A DNA stretch of 64,000 bases from Eutreptiella sp. 'Long Island Sound 2002' (Eukaryota; Protista; Euglenida). Of the stretch, positions 1-10,924 are shown piece after piece. The DNA lies in assembly GCA_964036045.1 (NCBI GenBank), contig OZ038378.1, positions 184,760,001 through 184,824,000 on the forward strand, in the 5' to 3' direction. The notes under the pieces are model-generated. The model was given only the letters and a program-made list of their open reading frames with translations. It was not told where the DNA came from and did no database searches. Position 1 is the first letter of the stretch, and every line of letters starts with the position of its first letter. Position numbers and translations under genes: made by a program.

Positions 1-1
1 T

Positions 2-211
2 ATTGCTCGCCACGAGTGTAAACAGGGCTGAAAATTCCTTACCCTGTGGGATGGCTATGGGTTGTCTGAGGCGACCTGGGAAACTATGTCAGCCTTCATA
101 CAACCAGATGGGAGTATCAACCCCATCTTCCGCACTTACCTCGTTGAGAACAACGAGGGGCAGCTCCTAACCCGTGCTGAGACTATGTCCCAGCGTAAGA
201 AGCGAAACTAA
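2..211 (+). pseudogene. Chromodomain at the C-terminus of a Ty3/Gypsy (chromovirus-type) integrase, truncated by the window edge, one in-frame stop
   Basis: The frame starting at nt 2 reads IARHECKQG*KFLTLWDGYGLSEATWETMSAFIQPDGSINPIFRTYL...KKRN*. This matches the chromodomain core (LvkW.Gy..se.tWE). TGA at 29-31, terminal TAA at 209-211. Confidence 0.75.
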
Positions 212-393
212 TCTCCCTGTGTCAGTCTGTGCCCTGCAGACCCATGCCTATGGTTTCCAGCGTGAGCCAGGTGGCCGCTTATCATGATTGCAACCACCCA
301 GCCAGTGTGTGCCTTGCTGACCATGTGTTGCATGGGTACTGCCCTAATGTAATGACCTTGGAGAGCCAACGAAGAACGGTGGCTTACTACACC

Positions 394-1178
394 AGGGGGG
401 AATGACAAGCAAGGTGTTATGAGGCAAGGTGTGTCTTCCCTCCTTGGGGACAAGCGAGCCCACAGTTAGGACCCCTGACTGGTCCAGACCCATGGGGTTC
501 TACCCTTCCTTACAGGGTTTACCATACCCCTAAGTGTGCTACGTATGTCTGTATGTGTCTCACTTCTCTCCCCAGCGTGGCTCCCGGAGACCGGGCTTCG
601 CTGACGTCGGACCGAAGGTCCTAATCAGGTACTATTACCACTCCTATGGCGCCCAATTTCTGTGCTGGCGCCTATCCTTGGTGTAAGACGGCAAAAGCCC
701 TACCTACTAAGAGGGGAGGGGTGGCCAAGTGTGCTAAGGGCATACAAAACGCCCATTTTTGCTACTGGCCAAAAGCTAACGCACTTCCCTGCCCACGAGG
801 AAAAGCACGCGGGACAGGAGACACCACTACACTACACTCACTAACGCCAGCACCGGCCTTCGAAGGCAGGGTGAGCACTCATCACTTGCACTCCACTCCT
901 GCCAGGCCTGCTGACCCTGACCCCTACACACGCTACTGGGTGCTGCTGTCGAAGTTCACTCAGGCCCTAATGGCCCTCCTGTGAAAAAGACAAGAGAACA
1001 CAGCGCTCCTAAGCAGCTGTGGCCTAACAGGGGACGCCACAACGCGTTTCCCCTGCTAGGGCTTGGAGGGAAGGGGTGCTCTCGTTGCGTGCACAGCGCA
1101 GATGTCGTTGAAGTTGAACTGCCCTCGCCTGTACTGGCTGAGGCACAGTGATTTGATTTGTGATCAGCGCCCCTGTCA
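394..1178 (+). mobile_element. Polypurine tract and probable 3' LTR of the chromovirus
   Basis: AGGGGGGAA (394-402) is immediately followed by TGACA (403), about 190 bp after the integrase stop. TGTCA at 1174-1178 is a possible inverted end; the right boundary is unverified. Confidence 0.4.
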
Positions 1179-2218
1179 AGCAAGCAAGCTCTAAGAGACT
1201 CCTCAGGTTCTCTTAAAGAACGTACCGAGGAGCCTCTGGGTAACGTAAACAAGGTTTACCGTGCGCAGTTCGCGTGGCCTACCCTTTAATGCATCATGTG
1301 CACGCAGGGAAGGGAGGCTGGACCACTGACTCAACCAGGAGGTGAGCTCCTCCTGGGCTAACCTACCTTACTCACCATGCATCGTGTGAATGCCGAATTG
1401 AAACGAACACAAAACAAGCCTAAGCGTTTTAAGCAACCCTACTTTAACGCCACGGCCGCACACGAACAAACGCTTTCTTTACTTACCTGTGAAGAAGAAA
1501 ACAAGGGTGAATTTTGGGTACAATTAAAGCGTCACAGCGTGTGGATGCCTCCATTAGGCACATGCATCGCGAGCACAGCGCATATACTAACCCTACGTGC
1601 GCGCTGCGCGCTCCATTCGCATCACATACCTTTCATTCCTGTTTTTACCTGTGCAGACCACGAGAGAAGAACACCCGACCCCCCAACGAGCACAGCGTTG
1701 ACAACCCTAACGTTTTGACGAAACAACTAACACAAACGCAATGCGTGAGTGTGAGGTGACACTGACATACCTGAGAGATGGGTTGTCGACCTGCTCTGTG
1801 GTGTGGGTTGAATTTGAATACTTAACTCTGAAGTTTATAAAAATTTTGATGCAACTGTGCAAAAATTTCCTTTAAAACTTTAAAAACAACGGCTCATACC
1901 TTCTTTTCCAAAAGCCGTTTACGCTTGCGCAACCCTTTTCTTGGAGTCCGCTTCCTTTGCGCTTGTCTGCGACTTTGGGTTATGTGTAACAATGACGATT
2001 TCCCGCGTGGTTTCGTCGATTTTTAACGATTTCACTTGCTAAATCGCAACCCCTTCCGCTAAACCGCAGGAATCACTCCCTGCTGGTTACATTTTCTATT
2101 TTTTCCAGCTCCTGGGGTTTGTGTCCTCCATTGGGAGTATTGCTCCGCCCTGGCCCTTGGTCAGGACGGAAACTAAAACGCTGTTTATACGGCGATAGCC
2201 GTTCGCATTAGATCGTTC

Positions 2219-2288
2219 GACTGTACCCTAGTGGGCAAGCACATGTGTTCTAGGGAGGGAGTCCTGGGTTCAATTCCCACTACCCCCA
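2219..2288 (+). pseudogene. Decayed tRNA-like sequence (tRNA pseudogene or SINE head)
   Basis: The 3' half GTCCTGGGTTCAATTCCCACTACCCCCA is a tRNA T-arm (B box) plus acceptor strand, and CCCTAGTGG resembles an A box. The acceptor and anticodon stems do not pair properly. Confidence 0.4.
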
Positions 2289-3229
2289 AACTTTTTCCAA
2301 AGGTTTTCGTCGCACGCCGGCAACTTTTGAGGAATGCCCCTTCGAAGGGACATCATACACGGTACATTACACTGTTTTTCAAGGGTACCTACAGTGTGAT
2401 AGGCTTCTATGAAGTGATGAAGATGTTTTTGGTAAGTTTAATGCATTTTCTGAGGTAATTTTGGGAATATTTGAGCCTTTTTCCTTGGTCCTACTAGCTT
2501 GATCGACTAGTACTCCAGGGGGGAGTAAGAAAAAGTCACTGCCATGTCTTTCTTGGAGGGCTTGATCCAGGCCAAGCCCCCCTTAAAACCCTTTTGTTGA
2601 TGCTAAGACAAACTTAAGTGTTTTTATCTCTCTTTTGTTGCCTAAAGTACACTTTCTCAAAGTAACTAGGGTTGTGACCCTAGCCCCCCCATGAAGTTCA
2701 CCCCTACCACTCAACTGAGCGGAGGTACCTTCCTTCATGGAGGACATACCAAAATAAATCAGGCATTTCATGCTTGTTGGCCTTGGAGGTTAAGCCTAGT
2801 GGTCTCCCACCCCAAGACCCCTATACTCAATTGTTTCTACCACTTATTGTGGTCCTACTTTGTAACTGTTTCTGAATTCAGTTGCTTGGCCAAGTCATTT
2901 TCTGTGTGGTCCTGACATTTATGCCCCACATTCCTAACCAGCACCATTACACCCAAAAGAGTGCACATGAAGTGCCTAATGCTATCTCTGAGGCAAGAGT
3001 CAGACCAATTTTCGTATAAAATCTTTTGTATTATCCATTTGTGATTGAATCTTTGTGTATAAACCTGCTTTGTCTACCTGCAGCCCTTCTGTGTTACACT
3101 GGATTCCAAAACCAATCATTGATTCGATCCACATCCTGTCCTTGCTCTACTTGCTGCTTTGGTTGGGGTTTTCAACTACAAAACCTGCAGGAATACATCA
3201 AAATATCTAGGGCATAATTCAAGGACATC

Positions 3230-5136
3230 TTTCTCAGTCACAACACGCAAACGCGCCGGATCTGGCCCCAAAATCAAAAAATCATCTAAATAATGGAAGA
3301 GGGTGTACCCCTCCGGGATCAAGGGTCGCACTATCCTTCCCGACGCCGTCTGACAGAACAACGGGGAATGTTTCCAACCAAACGGCATCCGCGACATACA
3401 AAACACCCTCTCCACACCTTCCCAACGCATCCGGAACCGAAAGGCCCTCTCGTGTCGTCTTGGCAACTTAAAACTCCAAAAGGCGTTTTTAAGGTCCACG
3501 TGTGTACAAAACAACGGCCTATCGGCCGGCCAATCCGCCAACTTCTTGGAGATTTGCTCCCAACCATCCAACGAGAAAGACAGCGGCTTATGTAAGTTCT
3601 CATTGAAAGCAACGAGATTAAATATAAGGGACACTTTTTCTGTGTATTGGCCCAATGTTGTCCTGTCAAACCTTTTTTCAACATCAACCTCCTTTATTTT
3701 GTCCACCAATCAGAACCATTCAGTCAGCAGAGAACTAGTCAATCCCATTACATCTTAGGTTTCCCTCTTTTCCTTTCACCTCAGCACAACTTACTTTTTC
3801 ACTGAAACAACTTTAGTGATTTTATCCACACAAATGCAATTGTAGGAGCCCCACAGCAACTCAGCAGATCGGGCCTAAGCCTATGGTTTCTTTTTAGAGA
3901 GTGTCATCGACACCTTATGCCTGAATACTTCCCTGTTTTGCTGTAAATAGCGGCTGTCCTTCGAGGAACCTCGCAGTTGAGCAGATTTGTGTAGTCTTGG
4001 GCGGGGGACCGCCATGCCTAAAAAAAAAAAAGGGACACTTTTTCTGTGGACTTTGGGATCACAAACGGCCAGCATGTCGCCCTCAAAGGGCAATCCTCAT
4101 CCATAATGGTAACTATCTCCTCACGCAATAACCATTTAACCATGGGCCGCACCAAAGCCTCCCTATTAGACGAGTGACTCTCTCTCTCCAAGTGAAAATC
4201 GGACACAGACGCCTCAAAATCAGGGGGGGCCAACTCACGCCACAGATCATCGGAAATCGTGTAGTTCCCCACCGCCCCTAAACCCCTCTCCACCAGCTGC
4301 GGGTCCACCCTGCCCTACTGCGGCACTGGCAACGTAGACAAATGCAAAAGAGCCTGCCAAGACTCAGCGGTAAATTCTGATAGCGCGTTAAAAATTATAT
4401 CCGGCGCTGACCGCAAACGGTAGTCCTCACACGTCACAAACAAGCGAAGCACAAACAAATGCAGTCGCTTCATGAGTAGCAGAACCCCGCAAGATAGTGC
4501 CTGGTGAAGCCACGGTAAGAATGTAAAGAAGGCTTGTAAAAATTGCACAAATAACGGAACTGGTTCCGAACGCACATACAACAGGTCTGCCCTGGTCAGA
4601 GGGCGGGGCCCCCCATCCGCCAATGTTCTCACCTGCAGTGATCCCTGCGCTGAACTCAGCACTGGGCCACCAACAGGCTCGTCACAGGCAGATGGGGTTT
4701 CGCGAATCGCCCCCACGGGGGGCGAATTTCCAGACCTCCCCCCCCCCGCGCTTGCCTGCCGCTGCACTACCGCGTTGGCCCTGATCCTCCGGTGGGGAAC
4801 GCACAGCCACTTTGCTGGCAGGCCCGACTGGAGGCCCATCAGGATGCCTCCTCTTGGAGGCAGGCCGTCTGGCTTTTGCATTACCAAGGCCCACCTTCGC
4901 GCTCGCCGCACGATGCCGCTGGACAGATATGGAACCGCCCAGACCAACGACTCGCCGCTTGGGCCTCGGTTTACCGTCGCCGTCGACCTCTGCTGCGCCA
5001 CTTCTCGGTGTCTTGCCGGCTCCCTTAGATCGCAGCTTCCTCTTGCCGCCCCCGACCCGAGGTCCGGTTCCCGGCGTGAATTGTGGAGGATGTTCCCCCG
5101 GACCATTGGGCGGTGCGGGCTCCGCGGGGGGGGCAA
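3230..5136 (-). pseudogene. Reverse transcriptase (DIRS/VIPER-type), disrupted by one stop (4315-4317) and a 385-bp insertion
   Basis: ORFs 4315-5136, 4018-4308 and 3176-3709 join across TAG and the duplicated TEKVSL. RT motifs: PFVIPKSTEKVSLIFNL, HVDLKNAFWSF, RMPFGWKHSP, YLDDFL. The N-terminus (VDPQLVERGLGAVG...LWRELAP) is homologous to the RT at 62.5-64 kb. Confidence 0.9.
3645..4029 (+). mobile_element. Short polyadenylated non-LTR retroposon (SINE or 5'-truncated LINE) with 19-bp TSD
   Basis: AAGGGACACTTTTTCTGTG occurs at 3626-3644 and 4030-4048. A-tail at 4020-4029. Stem-loop GGCGG-GGGA-CCGCC at 4000-4013, just before the tail. Confidence 0.85.
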
Positions 5137-6289
5137 CAGGCGCTTGCTGTGGACACGGCGGAGGCCAAAGACTCCGAGGGGACGGACGAAGAATCCGAAT
5201 CAGACTCCACGTCTTCCATTTCCCCTTGATGCGGCGCCACATCCATATCAGGAAGAGATACCACAGGCCCCGCAGGCACCGGGGCAGCGACGCCTTCGGG
5301 GACTTCCTTTCGGGATTAGCATACATGGGGTCACCCCACAGGTCGGCCAGCAGCACAGTCAACCGCTCACCAGGAGCCTGGCCACCCACAGGCCATGGAA
5401 GCACCAAAGCCCCAACCACCGCAGGGTCAGAGTAGCCGAGAGCGTACTCCACCGCCGCGGCCAGCCGTTTCCACCTCCCCCACCAAACGAAATAGGCCAC
5501 ATTTGGAGAGCGGTGGAAGGCGGCCGCAGCGCCCCCCCGCCGCAGGGAATGCCACCGATGGTCACCATACGGGGAATCACGGAGGAGGCCTGCGAAGATC
5601 TTCTCCACTGCCTCAACCCCTCCCCTAACCAACGGTTGACCCTCCGGGACGCAGCTTGCCGCGGCGTAGGATCTAAGGAATCGGACCCACGAGCGTCCCC
5701 ACTCATAAAGCGGGCGCCGCACTTCCCTGTGGCCTCCAACCTTGGTAGTGACGAACAGGACCACGGAATCGCTTGCCAGTCCCGCTGGCGTGATGGACAT
5801 CGCTTCAGAGACCCGCAAGAATAGAAGCCAACTGAGGTTCGCCAACGCCGCCACTGCCTGCTCAACCGGTGAGGCCGCTCTGGCCCACAGGAGGCTGAGA
5901 CCCTCCGGTCCCAGGTATGGCTGTCCCGGTGTCGGTTTTCCAGACTTTGCAAGTCTCCAGTGGATGGCTTGAACACAGCCCGGGAGCAGCCTGATATCTT
6001 TCGCCGCTCGAGTCGCGGACACATAACCCCTGAGGGTGGATCTAGCCTGCCCCATAGAGACCCTTGACGCCAAGAAGTCAGACAACGTGTCAGTAAGCGG
6101 CGTCCGCAAAGCCCTGGTTCCCTCATACTTCGCCACCGCGGACAGGGCGGAACGGTATCGGGCTTGCGTTTTTGGGGCCCAGCCCCGAACGCCCACGGCC
6201 GCCACCCTAAACGATCCAACAGCCGCCATCGCCATTGCCCACCCCGCCGCCGCCGCGCTGAAGGTCGCTCTGGCAGCAGGTAAGGCCAC
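4682..6289 (-). CDS. Tyrosine recombinase of the YR retrotransposon (SAM-like N-domain plus catalytic domain, long Pro/basic tail)
   Basis: Core-binding helices LSDFLASRVSMGQARSTLRGYVSA. Catalytic residues: R (FLRVSEA), K (TTKVGG), HxxR (WHSLRRGG), W (WGRW) and Y (AVEYA). Confidence 0.9.
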   Translation of the reverse strand: MALPAARATFSAAAAGWAMAMAAVGSFRVAAVGVRGWAPKTQARYRSALSAVAKYEGTRALRTPLTDTLSDFLASRVSMGQARSTLRGYVSATRAAKDIRLLPGCVQAIHWRLAKSGKPTPGQPYLGPEGLSLLWARAASPVEQAVAALANLSWLLFLRVSEAMSITPAGLASDSVVLFVTTKVGGHREVRRPLYEWGRSWVRFLRSYAAASCVPEGQPLVRGGVEAVEKIFAGLLRDSPYGDHRWHSLRRGGAAAAFHRSPNVAYFVWWGRWKRLAAAVEYALGYSDPAVVGALVLPWPVGGQAPGERLTVLLADLWGDPMYANPERKSPKASLPRCLRGLWYLFLIWMWRRIKGKWKTWSLIRILRPSPRSLWPPPCPQQAPVAPPAEPAPPNGPGEHPPQFTPGTGPRVGGGKRKLRSKGAGKTPRSGAAEVDGDGKPRPKRRVVGLGGSISVQRHRAASAKVGLGNAKARRPASKRRHPDGPPVGPASKVAVRSPPEDQGQRGSAAAGKRGGGEVWKFAPRGGDSRNPICL

Positions 6290-6379
6290 GCGGGTGGGGA
6301 TTGGACGCGCGGGCTGGGAATCTTCACACCAACACGGCCATCCCCACCCCGCCCTGTCGTAGTGGCGACAATCCCGTCA

Positions 6380-7081
6380 GGACCAGTGGGGACACTGGAA
6401 ATGCCAGTGCCGCAACTGCTCTGATGGGACGCCCTCTTTGGCGCATCTCTGGCAGTCGCCAGACGGGCGGGCGGATATTGGTACCTACCTTCCTTTCTTC
6501 GTCATCCAATGAAGGACGCCTTGTCGCATAGCGAAGTCGATGCCCTTATACTTAAAGGACGGTCCCCCGTTTTTGACCGCATCTGGCCAGCTCATGGCAT
6601 CCAGCGGGTTGGACGGGTCCGCCCGACTGCTGGACTCCGGCGCGAACCTCTGGGCGTACGCCTGCTGGGAGTCAAGGATGATACCCCGAATCCTGTAGGC
6701 CAGTCTGTCGCCCCTCGGGCATTCCATCGCATTGCCCATCACGTCGGACGGCCTGGCCGGTGCTGCACTTGCGCCTCTAACGTAATCCCGCAGCGCCTCG
6801 CCGGACTGGCGCATCCAACTGGCTACTTTGTCGCCCCCCAGCATCTGCTCCGCTGCCTCTGCGGTCAAGTCCGGCACTGAATTTCTCTCCGCGACGGCCA
6901 GGCTCTCCAACCGTGCTTGTAGGTGCCCGATCGCCTCTTGCTGGGACTGCAGCAACGCGCGCAGCTCCTCAGGCGACATCTGGCTGGTGTCCTGCACCGG
7001 CGCGTTCGCCCCCGAGCCCGAAGCTCCTTGGTCTTGGGCCCCAGACGACAGACTCTTAAACGGGGAGCGAAAGACCTGCAT
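6380..7081 (-). CDS. Gag-like ORF of the YR element: coiled-coil N-terminus, C-terminal Cys/His knuckle after a premature stop
   Basis: ORF 6485-7081 (198 aa) has the heptad segment LRALLQSQQEAIGHLQARLESL. Beyond the TAG the sequence reads PSGDCQRCAKEG and, after a frameshift, EQLRHWHFQCPHWS*. Confidence 0.6.
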
Positions 7082-10000
7082 GCTGCTTCACAAAAACACA
7101 ATAAATTTTCAACAAATCTGTACACACACAGAGATAGTGATCCCCTGTTCGTAAACGAAAAGGGGGCAAGACAAACAGGGGATTGACATCTTAAATCATC
7201 ATCGTCCAAACATTGAAAAATTGTGTGAGTCATGTCCCATGGATTCGGTTTTTAATCAGCCAAAACATTGCAAACAGAACGGCTAGGCAGTGATGACAAG
7301 TTCCATATCTTCTTTCCTTCGCCAAAACGCGGCAAAAAAACGGCGTAGCGATAAAAAGATGTGGGGTCATCAGGAAACCTTAAGATCCCCAATAATAATC
7401 ATACAACTAACATAAAGCTACAGTGCAACATATCCACTGCCGAATCCGTTGCTTGGCTTTTGAAAACCCAACAGGAATGGTTGGGCAGTAGGAATCTGGC
7501 TTTCAGGGCATCCAAGTACCCCCCATACAGGTATGGTATGGGTCAATGAGATGCTTCACGTGTAAAGGTTCGCCATTCTCCCGTACTACCCATGCCACAT
7601 TCGTCCAATCGTTTCCCATCGCTTTGTTAGAAAAGAGGCAAGCGTTCTTGGCATGAACCATGTCAATCCTCCAACCCGGGATGCGTTAATCACCCTGCCT
7701 GCACCAAGTTTTCTGCTGCGTGATGCACACCCACATGTGGCAGGACCCATCTGACCTAAACTTGCACCCAACAAAATGTGATTCCAGAGACTGCAAAACG
7801 CATTTCAGAGATCGCAATGACAGATGGGACCACTCATGTGAGTGCCTCTTTGACAACTACTCCGAATATTGACATGTTCTGAACCAACTCTTCACAGGCA
7901 TGCCTAGCCCCTGTTTCCCATTATCGTCTTCATCCTTACCACAAAAAGTGCTGTCAGAAAAATGACTGTCAGACTGGGTTGTTGTGCTTGGTACAAGGGG
8001 GAGGAGGCACAAATCATTTGGAAGCATCACCAACGCTCGTGTGTACCTTTCCATTTCTTCCTAAAAGCGCACCCTGAGGTCCAATATGCATGTTTGGCAG
8101 GAAAAGAGCTCGTCTATCTCCTTGGCAAGACGATCAAACACCAGGCGACACCATAGAGCGCAATGCCATCTTCAAGCAATGGAACAGGCACCTCAATCAT
8201 GAAAAGCATTGTGTTGATAATCACAGATACAGCGCCGGAGGCGGCTTGCGTCGTGGTGGTTCCCAAGGCAGCACAGACTACCGGCAGAAGTACACCCAAT
8301 GTTGCCCACTACGGGGTTACACATGCCCACCATAGCTCCCTGTGGAAACCGAGGGCTACAGGTAAAAGGGTGAAAACCCCCGCCCAAAGATGGTGAAAAC
8401 CCTCCCCAAATAGGGAGAAAAAAAAACCCCAACAGTGGTGAAAACCCCCCCACCAAACGGGGAGAACCCCCGCCACCCCAAAAACCCCGGAAATGGTGAA
8501 CCCCCCAAACAGGGAGAAAAAAACCCCTATTACCCCCCCCCAAAACCCCAGTTTAGGTGAAAAAACCCCGTTCTGTGGAGAAACTCCCCCCTTAGGGTTT
8601 TTTTCCACCCAAACTGGGGGGATTTTTCTCCCCTAACCCCCCCTCCAAGCCCACAACCACCCTGCTTTGGTGCTAGGATATATACCCTGCATCGTGCAGC
8701 ACAAAATGGCAGTCATATTGAAGAACATTTGTTTTGAGAACCATGGCCGCAAAGGAGCCCCAAGGCGCCACATCCCTTTGTGTCTTGGCGTGGCAGAGCG
8801 AACCATTTGAGTGTGTGGACTGTGTGCGAATTGGCCTCCTAATTTGGGATTGCAAAGCTGAGCACTCACAGCGCCCGGGGCAGCTGCATATGGAGTTTTT
8901 ACTGACACGGCAGGAACTCTACCAAGTGTAGGGAACGTATGACATGTCAGTTGGCCATGTCTGTGAGGTGCAGCGAGCGCACACACGGCCAAACTATGCA
9001 GTTGATGGCAGATCTATTGGCGTTGATAACATTGGGATATCAACGCGGCAGGGCCGACGTGTTTTTTGCAGGAGACCTGGGAACCAAAGTACTGTATTTG
9101 TAACATGCAATATCACCCGTTGCACTATTTGCTGTTGCACACAGCCCTGTGTATATTCCATGTCCAACAACGGGAAGCAAGGCGCAGCAATGCTGATGAT
9201 GTTGCACTGGCTCAGCAGGATCTGAAGGCTGGAGATCAAGACTGGCATGTGAGACACAGAGCAATGTTCCCGACAAGACCTCAATGTGCCTACTGTGCGA
9301 GTGAGAGTCAGGAAGTGTTCTTGTGAGCAAACAATGCAAACAAACTGGTCCACACCATTTTGAAGCTCAAAAGGTTAGGGAAACTGACAATGCTGCGGGA
9401 TAAATGAAAGTTGAGTTCCTCAATGCCCCCCCCCCCCCCACAGACACACCTGTGCGGTTTTGCGTAAAACCGAGGGGGTTTTTGATACAGAGCTATGTAC
9501 CACAGCAGGCACAAAGGGGCACACAGTACAGGAGGTGCGAGAGCAATGGGCAGCCAATTGCATCAGGCTTCCTCCGGCAAGGGCAAATACGGGGAAACAG
9601 TGTTGTCGGTCCACGTTGCCACCCTGCGACGGCCGCAGCTTTCATGCTTGCAGTGCTGCTGAATGAATGAAACCGATAAGTTGGAAAACTACTTCGTGTC
9701 CCCGGCCGGGGGTCAGCACAGCCCCCAAAGGGGCGCCCTGCTGGCTGAGGCGTTCGGGCCACTGGTCTTCCTCCGCATGGTGCACCCCCCCCCCCCCCGC
9801 CGCCGCACCATCCACTCTTGCGGCCCCACCCAGTCGCAGGAGATGCCTCCAAAGGTCTTTCGGCGCAGGATCCAGAGGGCCCTTGACCAACCCTCTTTGG
9901 ATTCTGCAGGTGCGTTTTTTGCCGCTACATTTTACACCATTGTCTTGCCCAATGCCCACCGTCCGGTCAAATGGCCAAACAATGCTGTTCGTTGCGCGAA

Positions 10001-10509
10001 GAGGAGGGGCTGTGTGGGTGCTGGGCACACCAATTTGGATCTGCAACTCAAACACACAAACGGAGCCGTGTATTGCTCTGCAGACCATCACCCACACGCT
10101 TCAAACAGAAAGCGGTACGAGGCACGTGGCAGAAACCCTGATGGCATGATGCATCTGCTTTACAGCACCAGGGCATCAAAGATGGCTGCTGCCTGGGCTG
10201 ATGCTGGGCCCAGGTGTCGAAAGCCCAAGCCCTCGAGAGGAACTGTAATCCGTGTGGCACTGAGCGCGTCGTCTGCTGCCAGTCCTGGAAGATCTACAGG
10301 AAGCCGTACAAAGCATTGATGTGTGTATGCCATGCACCAAAGATGTCACGCGTGCGGTGGATGACTTTTCAAGGCATCACCGGGAGGAGCACCAGGACAC
10401 CCAAACGAAGTACACTAAACCACGGTGCGTCACTCCGTACGCCCCAAAGCACTCACCACATGAACAGCACTGCAGTCCTACAAATCCACAAACACACAAG
10501 TGCCAGCAA

Positions 10510-10860
10510 CTGTGGTATTGTGTTGTGTGGTTGTGTTGTGTTGTGTTGTGCTGTGCTGTACTGTGTTGCATTGTGTTGTGTTGTGTTGTGTTGTGTTGTG
10601 CTGTGCTGTACTGTGTTGCATTGTGTTGTGCTGTGTTGCAGCATCATGGCCGTTGCTCCTTTTTTAGCCTTTTAAACCGAACCAGGTATGCCATTTACAC
10701 CACACCACACCACACCACACCACACCACACCACACCACACCACACCACACCACACCACACCACACCACACCACACCACACCACACCACACCACACCACAC
10801 CACACCACACCACACCACACCACACCACACCACACCACACCACACCACACCACACCACAT
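10510..10860. repeat. Microsatellites (GTGTT)n and (CACAC)n
   Basis: Degenerate GTGTT array at about 10510-10645 and near-perfect CACAC array at about 10697-10860. Confidence 0.95.
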
Positions 10861-10924
10861 GACGCCTCGCAATGCAATGCACTGTGGCACAACACAACAC
10901 AATGTAATGCACACAAAACCACAC

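Larger units (their letters stand above)
3230..7190 (-). mobile_element. Tyrosine-recombinase (YR) retrotransposon, gene order gag-YR-RT (VIPER/TATE-like), decayed and 3'-truncated before RNase H
   Basis: The minus strand carries a gag-like ORF, then a YR, then an RT in succession (next three features). Boundaries are approximate. Confidence 0.85.

Noticed and set aside
1174-1766. Solo LTR (TGTCA...TGACA)
   Set aside because: The flanks (GCCCC / TACCT) give no TSD and there is no second copy to confirm it.
4775-5824. Plus-strand 349-aa ORF as an extra antisense gene of the YR element
   Set aside because: It is the antisense shadow of a GC-rich coding region with no motifs.
7900-9100. Highly decayed plus-strand DIRS-like RNase H/methyltransferase (VLIITDT, GVFTDT, LMADLL, ADVFF)
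   Set aside because: The motifs are short, scattered across frames with many stops, and could be chance. A profile search would be needed.
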